A stretch of DNA of 64,000 nt, from NCBI GenBank assembly GCA_965637545.1, contig OZ281496.1:4092001-4156000 (forward strand), given 5' to 3'. Each line of letters begins with the position of its first letter. The stretch's first letter is position 1. This document shows, in pieces, positions 36,801-48,868 of this stretch. The position numbers and the translations under genes are program-made. The notes beneath the pieces are model-generated. The model was not told where the DNA came from and ran no database searches. It was given only the letters and a program-made list of their open reading frames with translations. The stretch is from Phallusia mammillata (Eukaryota).

Positions 36801-39800
36801 GTTCTTACAGAAAACGCTTTACACATTGTAAGCACAAGAGCTGAACTGACGCACAGCGCAGAAAAACACAATTGGTCGCCGACATGTTACACATCAGCAC
36901 GTCCAAACGTTTAATATCGTGGGTGCGTACGGGACGTAATTTGATCGTTGAAACGAAAGCTTTTGTTTGGAGCTGTTCCAAAACATTTTTCTGATGCCAG
37001 ACGAAACGCTCTCTTTTAATTCATAACTGTTAGGCAGAGCAACGGCTTGAAACACTATACAGGAGATTAAAAGCAATTTAATTAAAATTAAGCCCGTGTC
37101 AGGCTCTTATTTCTCTCAGCGTCTATGTCTTTGCGTCTGCTCATCACCTGACCCATTTTCCTGTGCTTATCGTTTCGTTAGACCTACTTGTGTAATCGTC
37201 GATTTTAACTGTGCAAGTTGTAAAAAAATTTAAAACGCAATAAGGTTAATTCTTTAGCGAAACATTCAGAATAAAATGGTAACGAAGTTACCAAGATCTA
37301 CTTGAGCCAAGACAATACGCCTACAATCAACCCTTAAACTATAAAGCTCTAACACAAATCGCTTCATACAGTATAGGCACAAGAACTGAATTGGGGCACA
37401 GCGCTTAAAAAAACAATTGGACTACGACATTTAATACTTCAACGCCTCCAAACAACCTCATACCGTGGGTGTGTACGCGAAGTAATTTAATAGTTGAAAC
37501 GAAAACTTTGTTTCGTTGTTTTGGCAAAACATTGTTTTCATTGCTGCAATAACGTTACGTTTTCCATATCAAAGCTTGTGCACAAGTTTCACATAATATA
37601 TTTCATTTGGGGTTCAAACTAAGACTTCTTTGAAGGCCAGAAAATTCGTGGCAGTACTATTAAAAGTGAGCTGCATCTATAGAAACATTTGTTGCAGTAA
37701 TACATGACAACGAAAGCATTGCATAGTTATGGTGCAGCATAATGAAAGTACTAGCTGTGCTTTGTAATTGTGTGAAGCTGACACACACTGACTTAACTGT
37801 TGAAAAGTATGACCCAACCATCGCAATTTCCAATTCTCGGATAAGCCATTTCCATCATGTTATAAAAACGTTGGACTTATTTCTAGTAAAACACGTAACT
37901 AGCAAAAATAATTCGCTGGTTGCAGAAAAACCTTTCTAATGACCGCATTAAATGTTTTCGCGGTCATGAGTTTTTGTATACAAACATAAGTACGATTCTA
38001 TTTGATGTTTTTTTATTGGGCAGATTAACAACCCACATCCTACGAATGGCATGTGACAAGCAACAAAGACAATGTGCATGGGATTGGAGGCAAAGAATCG
38101 GGAACTATAGGTCAATGGCAGGCTGAGCTAAAATTGAAACACGTTTTAAAGGTTAAATGCTAATTTTGTTTTAATGGCGACGTTCAGTCACTTGATCGAA
38201 CTTATATATCAGTACTAATAAAAGATTGTAGCGACCTCACTAGCGTATTTGCTTATGTGCATCAAAGCGTGGTATATGTCTTGCAACATGTAATCACCGC
38301 CTTATTCTGTAGGATTCTACATTGTCAGAAGATGTATCACAATTCTAATCAGCAGTCGACACGCTACAGTTCTGCATGTATTGTGCAGCACTGTACGTTG
38401 CTCCTTTGGCTGCTTACCAAGCGGTATAACAGAGAGAAACAGAATCAATCTAATAACTGTAGATCCATTAATATAATGCATAAATAAGTTTTACAAATAT
38501 ATTTCACAAGGTTTCACATACATTAAACAGTTTAGGGATGGATTTCTGGGTAAACCAAGCCACTTAACCAAGTTGCAATGTAGCAGTTAACATTGTAATG
38601 ATTAAAAGATCCCACCCTGGTTTACAAACTATTAGTGCATAGATGCTATAAACCTAGGTTGAAAAGCGGAACGTGCTTTTCGCGTAGATTTCTGGCTCGA
38701 ATTTCAATAAATCGACCTAACTTTATAATTGACATCAACATTTTTTGTTGTGGGTGGTAACTATGTAATTGAGAAGTACTAAGTTTTGCATGTGGTTAGA
38801 AATCAAATTGAAGGCAGTTTATGTAAAGAATAACAGCAAATGTGTAAAAAGTATGTTTTTATTACCGAATGAATTTGTACGATTGAAGCACAAATTTCAT
38901 ATTTCAATTTCAGTAATAAAACTAAAACGGTTAGAAAGTAACGAAATAATTAAACACAGGTTCCATAATATAGTCGAACCACATGAGTTATGTATTACGC
39001 GTCAAACCCAGTTGCATAGAGCGGCATCGCTACCGCATAGGCGCCGCAAGTGTATTGATCCGGTTTGAATCACCTGCATTGTGTTACGAGGTTTGTGATG
39101 GTTTGCGCTGGCAATCTCTAAGTAGGCCGCAGTGTGTTCGGGGTATATGAGGAAACATGAAGCATACAAAGCATTTTAGCTGAGATGTAGCATTATGACA
39201 CTGGTATAGCTGAAACGGTTTAAACAAAGCTTTTGCAACACTTGATTCAGCAATTCAGTCACTGACTAATTGATTCAACTGTAAGAACTGGTATTGGACA
39301 AAGTTTGCTAAATACCGATAGATGGCACAAAGAGCATTTGTAAATTGTCAAGGAAGATTGTATGAAAACGCTGACGGTTTATGCGATTACAGTTGAGGTG
39401 AGGTTTTATAATGAAAATAATTTTAACCTGCAAACTTAGTTCTCGTGTTAAATTTAGCCCCTAACTTTATCCCAGACGATCTGTAGTTAAATAATTGTGC
39501 TCTTTACGCCATCTATCGGAACTAAAGAAACTTTATCTGTCGCAAGTTTATTAATAGCTCTAACCTCCTATACACCCTTGTATAGCAAACGATTTCAAGG
39601 TGTAAGTAAAAGAGGGTGTACCCAGTCGTGGGGAGCCCTGCAAGCTAACCAACCGTGTTTGGTAAGGGGTGGGGCTTTGATCTTGCTTATTTCAATTTCA
39701 AACTTGGGCGCCAAAGGACTTGTGAGTTTTTTTGTATAATGACCAGGGAAAAAATGCTGTCTTGCCAAATAAAATTAAAAATCGTGCAAACTGCTGTAAA

Positions 39801-40080
39801 CACTAAAACGTGTTCTACGAAACTTACTATTAAACTTTTACTATGAGTTTCAGTACATATAGATGGTTAAAATCTTAAATGGTTCACTTTATATCAGACT
39901 GTTACTCCCAACAAACAGGAGTGGCGTTACAAAAAAACAGCAGCTGCAATGACTGGACTTGTGGATTAAAACAATGGGCACTGTCTGCAGCTTGCTTCCG
40001 CGGAGTTTGAAAAAAGAACGACGACTCACGTGAATAACGTAATACGCGTTTTAACCCAGTTGGATGTAGCGGCATCGGCA
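33820..40080. repeat. Intergenic spacer, copy 2, paralogous to 3763-13980; lacks the Harbinger element
   Basis: Colinear near-identity with copy 1; contains the empty Harbinger site and a private 94-bp insertion. Confidence 0.9.
35728..35821 (-). mobile_element. 94-bp 5'-truncated Penelope-like 3' end
   Basis: 14-bp TSD GTTTTACTTTTATG at 35714-35727 and 35822-35835; shares ataagctattgctgc-aggcata and cgacgtttcgacgtcctataca with the 59930-61166 element; absent at the paralogous site near 5670. Confidence 0.8.
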
Positions 40081-40516
40081 CAGGACAAGCGTCGCAACTG
40101 TATTGATCCGGTTTGAATCACCTGCGTTGTGTTACGGGGCTCGCGGTGTTCGCGCCGGTAATCTCTAAGTAGGCCACAGTGTGTTATAATGTATAAACGG
40201 AAACCCGCTTGACGCATATGAAGTGTTGCAGCTGAGAGGTAGCATTAGAATACTTGTATTGCTGAAACGATTTAGATAAAGTTGTGGCCACACTTTAATT
40301 AACAAGGGTGCCGACCTCAAGAAAGTTCAAATAGAAAATGTTAAATATTGATAGGCAAACATATGCTTACGTACTAGTTGATGTGCAAATACATATAGTT
40401 GTAAGTTATATCGGTAGTATTAAATTAGTATGTTTATTCATTTATTTGCATTGTATAGTAGTAGATATTAGTTGGTGATATAAAACAGTTGCTATTTGTC
40501 CAACAAAACGACCAAA

Positions 40517-43500
40517 ATGTCAATCAGGCTGATAAAGGTTGCTCTTTTCGTCTGCTCTATGAGTTTATTACATCGAGGTAAGTAATTTTAAAACATAGCC
40601 AGTCGAAAGTAATTGTTCTAATGGCGGCATACAAAACTTACAAACTTCATAGACTTAGATGACATTTTACTGCAATGTATCAAATAAAGCCCTAATTGTG
40701 TAAGTTTAAATATTGCATTTGCACGAACAGCTTTGAGTTGTTTGCGACGAGCTTCAAAATATGGTTTCCCGTCATTTAAAACAAGGTTAAAAAACAAACT
40801 ATTTAGTCGCTGCAGAATCTTTTAAGTTTTAATCATTTTCGAACTATTGAAATCAAACAAATACTTTGACAAAACCATTTTATTAGGGTCTTATGGGCTC
40901 GGTGTAAAATATTGTTCCAGTTAACTGGTAAAACATATTCACCAGGCTTAAAATAGCGACGCAAAGTTGCGATGTCATAAACCGCGAGAAAGCGGATGGC
41001 ACATTGGCGGAAATATAAAAAAACGCGCTGCAGCTATGCCGAACTCTCTATGTAGCAGCTTATTGGTGTCAGGATTGTAAAGGGATGGTCGATTGTTAAA
41101 ATTTATTTTTCTGATGGTCAATTTCATATTAAGTGTCGGACGGTCAGTGTCACGACGGGGATGTAACTACAATTCACTTTTCTGACAACATTTTACCTGA
41201 ATGTACCACATATACTCGCCGCTTTATCCACGATCAGGGTTCCACAAGATTGGTTACTTATTTTCGAAGAGGAGAGCTTGCTGCAGACAACTTTTGTGAG
41301 GTAAAGTTATATGAGTATAGCTTTCGACTTCGGTACATAAGATTTTGTTGGTTTGGTTCTTTTTTAACCTTTAGGGTGGAGGTCACGCACACAGTGAGTC
41401 TGCATCGTATTGCTAGTTGTTAGTTACTTTATTTGTTGATATTTTTTTATCAAAACAGGTTCACACGTGTACGCATATAACATATTTTCCTCGATTCGAC
41501 TTGAGTAACGAACCAAAATCTATTTTTTAAACTATTTTAACTCGATTTGTGGTTTGTTTCAAATCCATGGATTAAAAAAATACTTTGGAATGTTGTAGAT
41601 TTATTATGATTGGGAGTTGTTCTTGAAACAAAGTTGTTTTGGGAACAAATTTGGACTGGTTTTAACCAAAAGGGCTCATTTTTTGCCTGACTTTCTACTC
41701 GGCTACATTTGCTGCGTTTTTTTCGAGTTGGTTAAAACGAACGGGTTTTCTTTTAAAAAGTTCGGGTTTGGCGTTTAGGGCTCAGACGTTCGGGCTCGGT
41801 AACAACTCGTAATAAAACTAATTGCCACTAATGTGCAAATTTTGAGCATTATCCTCATTCTGTTTAATCTAGATTTACGAGGGATCCGACGACCAAGGTA
41901 CATTGGCTGGAACGTTGGAAGGTGGAGGCTTATCTTTTCCGGTTTTCGTTGAAAGCTCGTCTGCTTATATATCATGTGTCACAAACCTCACAACGGGAAC
42001 TGCAAAAATTCTTATGCACGCTGGTAGGTCACATCTATAAGTTTTCTCAAAATTTGGGCTTTTTAGTTGATAAGTAAGCTGCAGTCAGAGCGTCACTTTC
42101 GTTCTGTATCATCTCATCAGTGAAATGGTGACAAAAAATTGAGTGTGCAAATTCTTGCAGCCAGACTGTGTTGCGTTTCATGAGTAAGAGGTCAAAAGTA
42201 ACTGCACAGAAACCAAATTTGTTTTACCAGCCGGACTGTCTGCAGCTAAACTAACAAACAATTAACGCCTTTTGTGTATTTTAGCTACTTTGTGCGGGGA
42301 AGATGCTACAGGACCGATATATAATTTACAGTCTCCTAACTTTCCAAATAACTACCCAGCTACGGCTGGTTGTGTTTGGAGATTTCGCATGGAAAGCAGC
42401 ACGTCCTTGGTGTTTCAATTCTCCACTTTTACAATCGAAAATAACTTTGACCTTTTATACGTAAGTGAGTGGTTATTTCTTTTTAAATTACATTGCAGAA
42501 CCAAAACGGACCGAACCAGGTTTTAATCTTGTTTCGAGTTAACATTTTACAACATAATAATTTTTGGCAATGTAAAAAAACATAAGGACACACGGTGGCT
42601 GAGATGGCAGTCAGGTCCAAATCAAACATATTTTGTTGAAACAAAAGTCGTACCTAAGCCGAAAAGCCTGGCTCTACATAAAACTTTCATTTGAACCAGG
42701 AGTGCACAACAAACAAATCCGTTCTAACGTTGCATAAAAATCTAGAAAACAATCTCTTTTATAGAGATTAATTTGAGGGCAATCATGTCCTAAATATTTA
42801 GGACGCCATCATCTACATTGCACGTTGTACGTTGGTTTATTCAGTATTTGTACCCAATGATTAATAAGCTGGTAACAAATCTTTCCAGCCCCACGAAACC
42901 CAGTCCGAGCGGTTTTCCAACCTTAATTTCTAAAATAAGGCATAATCCATTAACACCCACTGTACATGTATTTTTGCGGCCTCATACTTTTGTCAGTTTT
43001 GCCGCGCCTTATGCACCCCCGATTTAAACCAGAATTTTTTTACACTTGTTGACTGATGCGACATTATTTTCAGTTCAAAGACGATCAAGGAAATGTAGAA
43101 AGATTGACTGGGAATTATGATGGAGGATTGAATCACACAGTTACTGCAACAAATCTTACTCTTATCTTTATCAGCGATACTGACGGAGCTGAGCAGGGAT
43201 TTAATGCAACAGTCAACCTTCCATCAGGTTAGTGCAATTTGTTTTCAAAAGACAACAGACAAAAACGCAAATCTTACAATGAAAATGTTGGGTACATTTT
43301 CAAAAGTTTATACGGATGGAAATCATTTTAAACTTTGCGATTTACTCTCCATGCAAATCAGATTATTTTTAATTGATTTGTACCATGTCATGTTGGTTAT
43401 TTGTCGTTTTCTTAATTAAGTGGCATAATTTGTATGTTGTGGAAAAAGGAAAACAAAACCCATCAGGTCCATTTTATGGGTAACGACAATAAATTATGTT

Positions 43501-46500
43501 TTGAAACACAAACTTGGTGGAATATGATGAAGCAAAATTTTATCTATCCAATGCAGCAAAGTAATCGTTGTTTTGTTCGAAAGTGTAAGCTAACCGTAAG
43601 TAATGCAATGTTTTTTGTAGGATCGCAACAATCAACGATGGTGTGTCAGACCGAAGGTTTGACCCTACCGTAAGTTCTTTTTTAGTGTTTAGGTTAACAT
43701 TAAATAATCCTTAAGAAATATATAATGATTTTAGAATTTTTGTGGGGGGCATGGCGTTTTTAGACATTGCACAAAGAAGTCGTTTGTGCAAAAGAAATAT
43801 AGGCACCATCACAGGAATAAATAAGTAAGAAGTGGGTAATAATTTGACATGTCTGAACTTAATATTTCAAATTGCAGTTAATTTAGGTTGCACATTGAAA
43901 AGTGCGCATACATATAAATCTATTGAAATGTCACCGCTATATAATACCCGTTACAGCCACCGTTCTGCGCTTGATAACGTTTTGCCGATACCAAGCTGGT
44001 TTTAAAGCAATTGTGTCTCTACAAGTGTTCTCTTCCCAAGCGATCAAAGAAAAAATTAACGCAACCCAACAACAAAAATAAGATTACCTTCTAAACAGTG
44101 TTGTTAATGTAGTAGGCAGTTTCTTTGAAGATGCTGCATTAAAAGTGTTGTTGCTCTACAAAAACTCTAATGTCCAATATTCGCAGGGTTACGCCTGATG
44201 AACAGAACACATTGGACTACGAACTCGGTGACACTCTTTACATCGCATTAGACAGGGAAACTCCCCTTTTACAACTCAATGACAACTGCAAGGTCACGGG
44301 GTCAGATCCGGTGTTCGTGTTTGACATTGGTCAGTGTGAAGGTGCCTACAAGGTAACATGCGATTTTATATATTAATGGTGTATAAAAAGATTGACAACG
44401 CTTAAACAAATCATCGGTTACATTTTAACAACGAAAAAGGATAGTTAGCAACGACCAAATGTGTTAAAATTTATCGCACCAAATAAAATAAAGTATTAAG
44501 ATAGATTTGTTTCGTAAACTTTGTTGCGGTCGTATAAAAAATGATTACGTACATTTTTGTATTAACAGAATGAGAACGATATGGTGTCGGTGTCTTTTCT
44601 GATCTGGAGATTTTTAGCTCTATCCCCTGCCGTGGTCCAACGCGACGTTCAAAACAAGCTCAATATGACTTGTGTATTTGAAGCCGATCAACTTCTCTCG
44701 TCATCTAATGTCCAACCACATGTCGGGTAAGTGGACAATAAGGGCACATGCCATATGTTACACGGCAAACGACATCAGTTGGTAATTGTTTCAATGGACA
44801 ATGTTAGTTTTATCATCACTAGTACTAGCCAAACATTATGAAAAGTAACCAATAAAAACAAGAAAATGAAACTATAGTTCTAAATCCCTATAGAAATCTG
44901 TTTAATTTTCTTCAAAATAACAATGTGCAGATCCGTTGAAATTTCGGCCGAGAATATAGGAAACTTTGACGTCGCTCTAAATCTTTTTACAAACGAACAT
45001 TTCAACGAAAGCTTGCCTGGGGAAGTCACTGTGCCCTACTACATATTTGCTGAAGTTAAACTTGAAGAAATTTCTCCAAGCAACGATGACTTCATTGTCC
45101 AGGTAAATCATTAAGGCAACAAAGGTTACTAAATTGTAGTTCGCGTTTTGTAGAAAATGCACATTACAGTCGTTGCATTATTTTGTGTGTGACGTTATCC
45201 ATCTTCTTGAGTAAAGATTTTAAAACTGTAAAACACTTTTGAGTTTTTATTCCCATGTTAAGTATTTAAGCATCATTTAGGTGCTCTAGGGGTTGCACAT
45301 TTAATTTCATTACAATTTTGTATACAGCTTGAAGAATGTTGGGTAACACGCGTTGAAAACTCTAGTGGTTTGCCGAACTACCCTGTTGTAGTAAGCGGGT
45401 AAGCAGTACTTGCATTGGATTTGTAGTGTGTACTCTTGCTTTTCATAAAACTGCACGGCACACTGTTTTAGCCTTGCGTAATTTTGTGCCAATATGAGTA
45501 GATGTGTTGCGCCACCCAGTGGAGGCGAGGCTGCCGACGCAAAAATGTTGATGAGAAATTACCAAGCCAACTTTGCAACGTTCAAGCTGATGAGCTTTGT
45601 GTGGACAAACTTTACCGATGCAGAACAATTTATCTACATTCACTGCGACGTGACCATTTGTCAAAACTCAACTGGACAATGCCCTGGACAGGTGAGTTGA
45701 GTTTGTTTGCTGCGATAGATTCAAAATAAGTCGGCCGTCGAGATGCCCACATCATTGCTAGTAAAGTGGATTATATTTGATTGATTTATACGTCAATAAG
45801 TTTGCTTTATTAAATTAACAGAGAAAAAACACGATATGTCTGAGTTTTTTCAGATTACATTTAGATGCTTTATTTATTCTTAATAATATTTATATACATC
45901 AAAAAAATTATAAATATTAAACTGATTTGCAGATGTGTGGAGGGAAAAAAAGACGATCTGTTGACAACAATGTACGCAGTCAACGACTTTCTGCAGGGCC
46001 AGTGCACATCTTACAAACTACCAAGTATCTCCTTATGCAAGGTACCAACACAATAGTTAAACTCTTCTTTCCTATATATTAACTTTGTTCAGGGCAAAAT
46101 ACTGCAGTTGCCTGTGTTTTAACTACTCAAATCATTGCATTTATCAACTAAAACCCTCGGGGACATATTTACTTAAGCTATATTAGACCTCAATTATCAA
46201 ACATTTCGCTTGTTTCTATGTCTAAAATTACTGCGCCTTAAAGTGAATTTGTTTGTTTGTTTTATTTAATCCTCGATGGGCCGACAACGCCTGAATGCGT
46301 TAACTAACAGTCAGTCCACAGTCGAGCTGCCTGATTTGTTGCAACTCAGTTGAATATTTATTATTTGAGACTTATAGGGGACGTTAATGTAGTGCAATCC
46401 TTCAGGTTTCTCTGGGTTAGGGCAATTTCAAAGTTTCTTGCCTAGGGAAACACAAGCTGCCAAGACAGGATTGGAACCCACAAACTATTGAACACAAGCC

Positions 46501-47023
46501 GGTTGCACTTACCACTTGGCCATTTTGGCAACTCATGCATGGCCCTTAATGTAGTTTTTTTCGTTTTTTTGAAGTTTTGTATAAAAAACATACTCCACAC
46601 CGTCATAACCAGCAAACTTAAATTAAAAGTTACTTCAAAAAAGAAACACTTAATTCCGAATAATGGTAAGCGGTGAGTTCGAATCCCACCATTAACTGAT
46701 TCTTTACAATCTGAAGTGTATTGAGAATCAACTCGATTCGGCGTTAAATATTTTGCAAACTTGGCCCACTTCGAAGTATACATAAGAGTGGTATTAATTT
46801 TAGTCTGTATGCAGTTTTTAATCTCTAGTTCAGGGGCAAATGCTTTCGCACGCATATATGTTTATCTAAGTTAAACTATCTTTTTATCGCAGACACTCCA
46901 GGAGACAGAGTTGAAGTAAATGAAGCAGTGTATAACATCTTTCAACTACTGATGTTTGTTCTTCTGGTTGCTGTAATTATCGGAGCTAGTTACATTTTGT
47001 GGGGCAAAATAGCCCAGATGTGA
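40517..47023 (+). CDS. Gene A2: paralog of A1, 584 aa, 13 exons, cytoplasmic tail shortened by a 1-nt deletion
   Basis: join(40517..40577,41134..41300,41873..42023,42285..42460,43074..43227,43621..43669,44187..44352,44569..44726,44931..45102,45328..45398,45502..45691,45933..46041,46893..47023) = 1755 nt, open. Exons 1-12 are identical in size to A1; the exon 2 acceptor is AAG. Confidence 0.88.
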
Positions 47024-48377
47024 ATTCCAAACAAATTGGTCTGTAAATAACATTTCAGATAGTTTTCACAAATAACATTGTATTAATTCTCATGACATAA
47101 AAAAAATCCCCAAAACAACAAATTTGGCAGCGATTTATTCTCAAATTCGTTGATAAATTTGCTAGAGGTTTCAAAACTAGTGATTACAGCACATGTAATA
47201 CTTACTTCTTTATTGTCGTCAGAAAAATGCCTTGTCAAAGTGATTTTGTTTGTATGACTGTGAAACAATATAATCGGATGCAATTGATACTGTGTGTGTG
47301 TTGGTTATATGACCACCAAGATAACATTTGCGTTTGGCACGTATGAATTAACCAGTCTAGAGTAACGTGTGTCTCCTAATTAAATTGTGATGGGAAGTAT
47401 TACGAAGTTTGAAGCATTGTTAGCAATAGACAGAAACTAGCTTGTTACACGATTTGACTTCCAAACGAGCTGTTTTTTTTAAATAATTGCTAAATTTGCA
47501 CAATTAAGGGGAACCATTAAATAAAACTGGATTGAAAGTTTAGAAATGGCAGTCACAGCCAGAATGAAATATTTTGGTCAAATAATTTACTGGTGTATTT
47601 TTTGTAATGCCACTTTTAAAACGTACCGCTACTGTGCCATATTTATTAACTACTGTCACGCACCAATAATTTTGACATCGACTAGTCGCGCCTGCACATT
47701 TGTAATTGGCCGGTAAGGTCATGTGACTTTTCGTCTGCCATGTTTTGTGCTATATTTAGGACAGTTCTTGACTGGGCCTTATGGGGTTTGGAGCGTTTGC
47801 GTTATAGTAACAAAACGTGGTCTTGTTGTATTGTGTTGTGTTGTAACTTATTGAAACTTTGGAGATAGCCAGCGTCCTTTCAATTTTGTATTTATTAATT
47901 ATATTAAACTTGTATTAGTTGTTCGGTGTGAACATTACACCTTTGTCTTGAGCAGTAAGCCGTCAGTGCAGGGGAAATCTAGTAAGTTAAAGGGCGGTGA
48001 TCCTGCTATTAACGTGGATACGTTTGGGCAATCTTACTTTGTTCAGTGAAAGTTAACCACCTCGCCTTTGTCTAAAATCCTAGGCCAAATCCGGGATTAC
48101 CTAACTAATTTATGTTACAATTATACCGATTTTTAAGATTTTCACCAAAATCGAATGGTATCTCGATGGTATTGCAAATGAACAAAATGTCTGCTAATGC
48201 TGGAAAAGTCTTTGGTTCGACCGAACGTCAATTTACCAGTTTGATTGCTTCCTCTTGTAGTTGAGCTGTAATTGTGTCGTCATTGGCGTCGCGTCACAAA
48301 TCGGCGCTTCATAAATAAATGTCAGGCAATATTGAGAAGTTTCAGGTTTTCAACTGGAGTGCCGCTATACCCTAATG

Positions 48378-48797
48378 CAGCGGTTCCCAAACTGGTGTCT
48401 GCGGTCCTTTAGGGGTCCGTGAGGCAATTTTGGGGGACCGCGAAGCGGTTGAAGTAATTCTATAATCTTATTTGGCGTCAGTTTGTGCCACTAAATAAGT
48501 TGAAATCAAAGTAGAATTGAGAATCGACTGTCTCCATTGCTAAACAATGGCCTTTATCGATTGACAACTATCAAAAATGCAATTGTTTGCGCACAATTGC
48601 GATGGGTTTTGTCCTGTTTGTGATGTCACATGCTGTCTCTGAATGATGTTTTGCGCAATTTTGCATAACTATCTAAAATCATGCAATCAACTTTTGTTTT
48701 TATGAAATACACATTTAGGCTTAAGGACCGCTAGCCCTCGAAATAATGGCAAAGGGACCGTTTTGAAAAAAAATATGAAAATGTTTGGAAACCACTG
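48378..48797. mobile_element. hAT-type MITE, 420 bp, just upstream of the B2 start codon
   Basis: Termini CAGCGGTTCCCAAAC ... TTTGGAAACCACTG; TSD CCCTAATG / CCGTAATG; internally homologous to 62087-62516. Confidence 0.8.
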
Positions 48798-48868
48798 CCG
48801 TAATGTGAAATGTTTTGCAGATTTTAGGTAGTTAATGACATTACTGTTTATCATTTTCCAAGGTAAAA

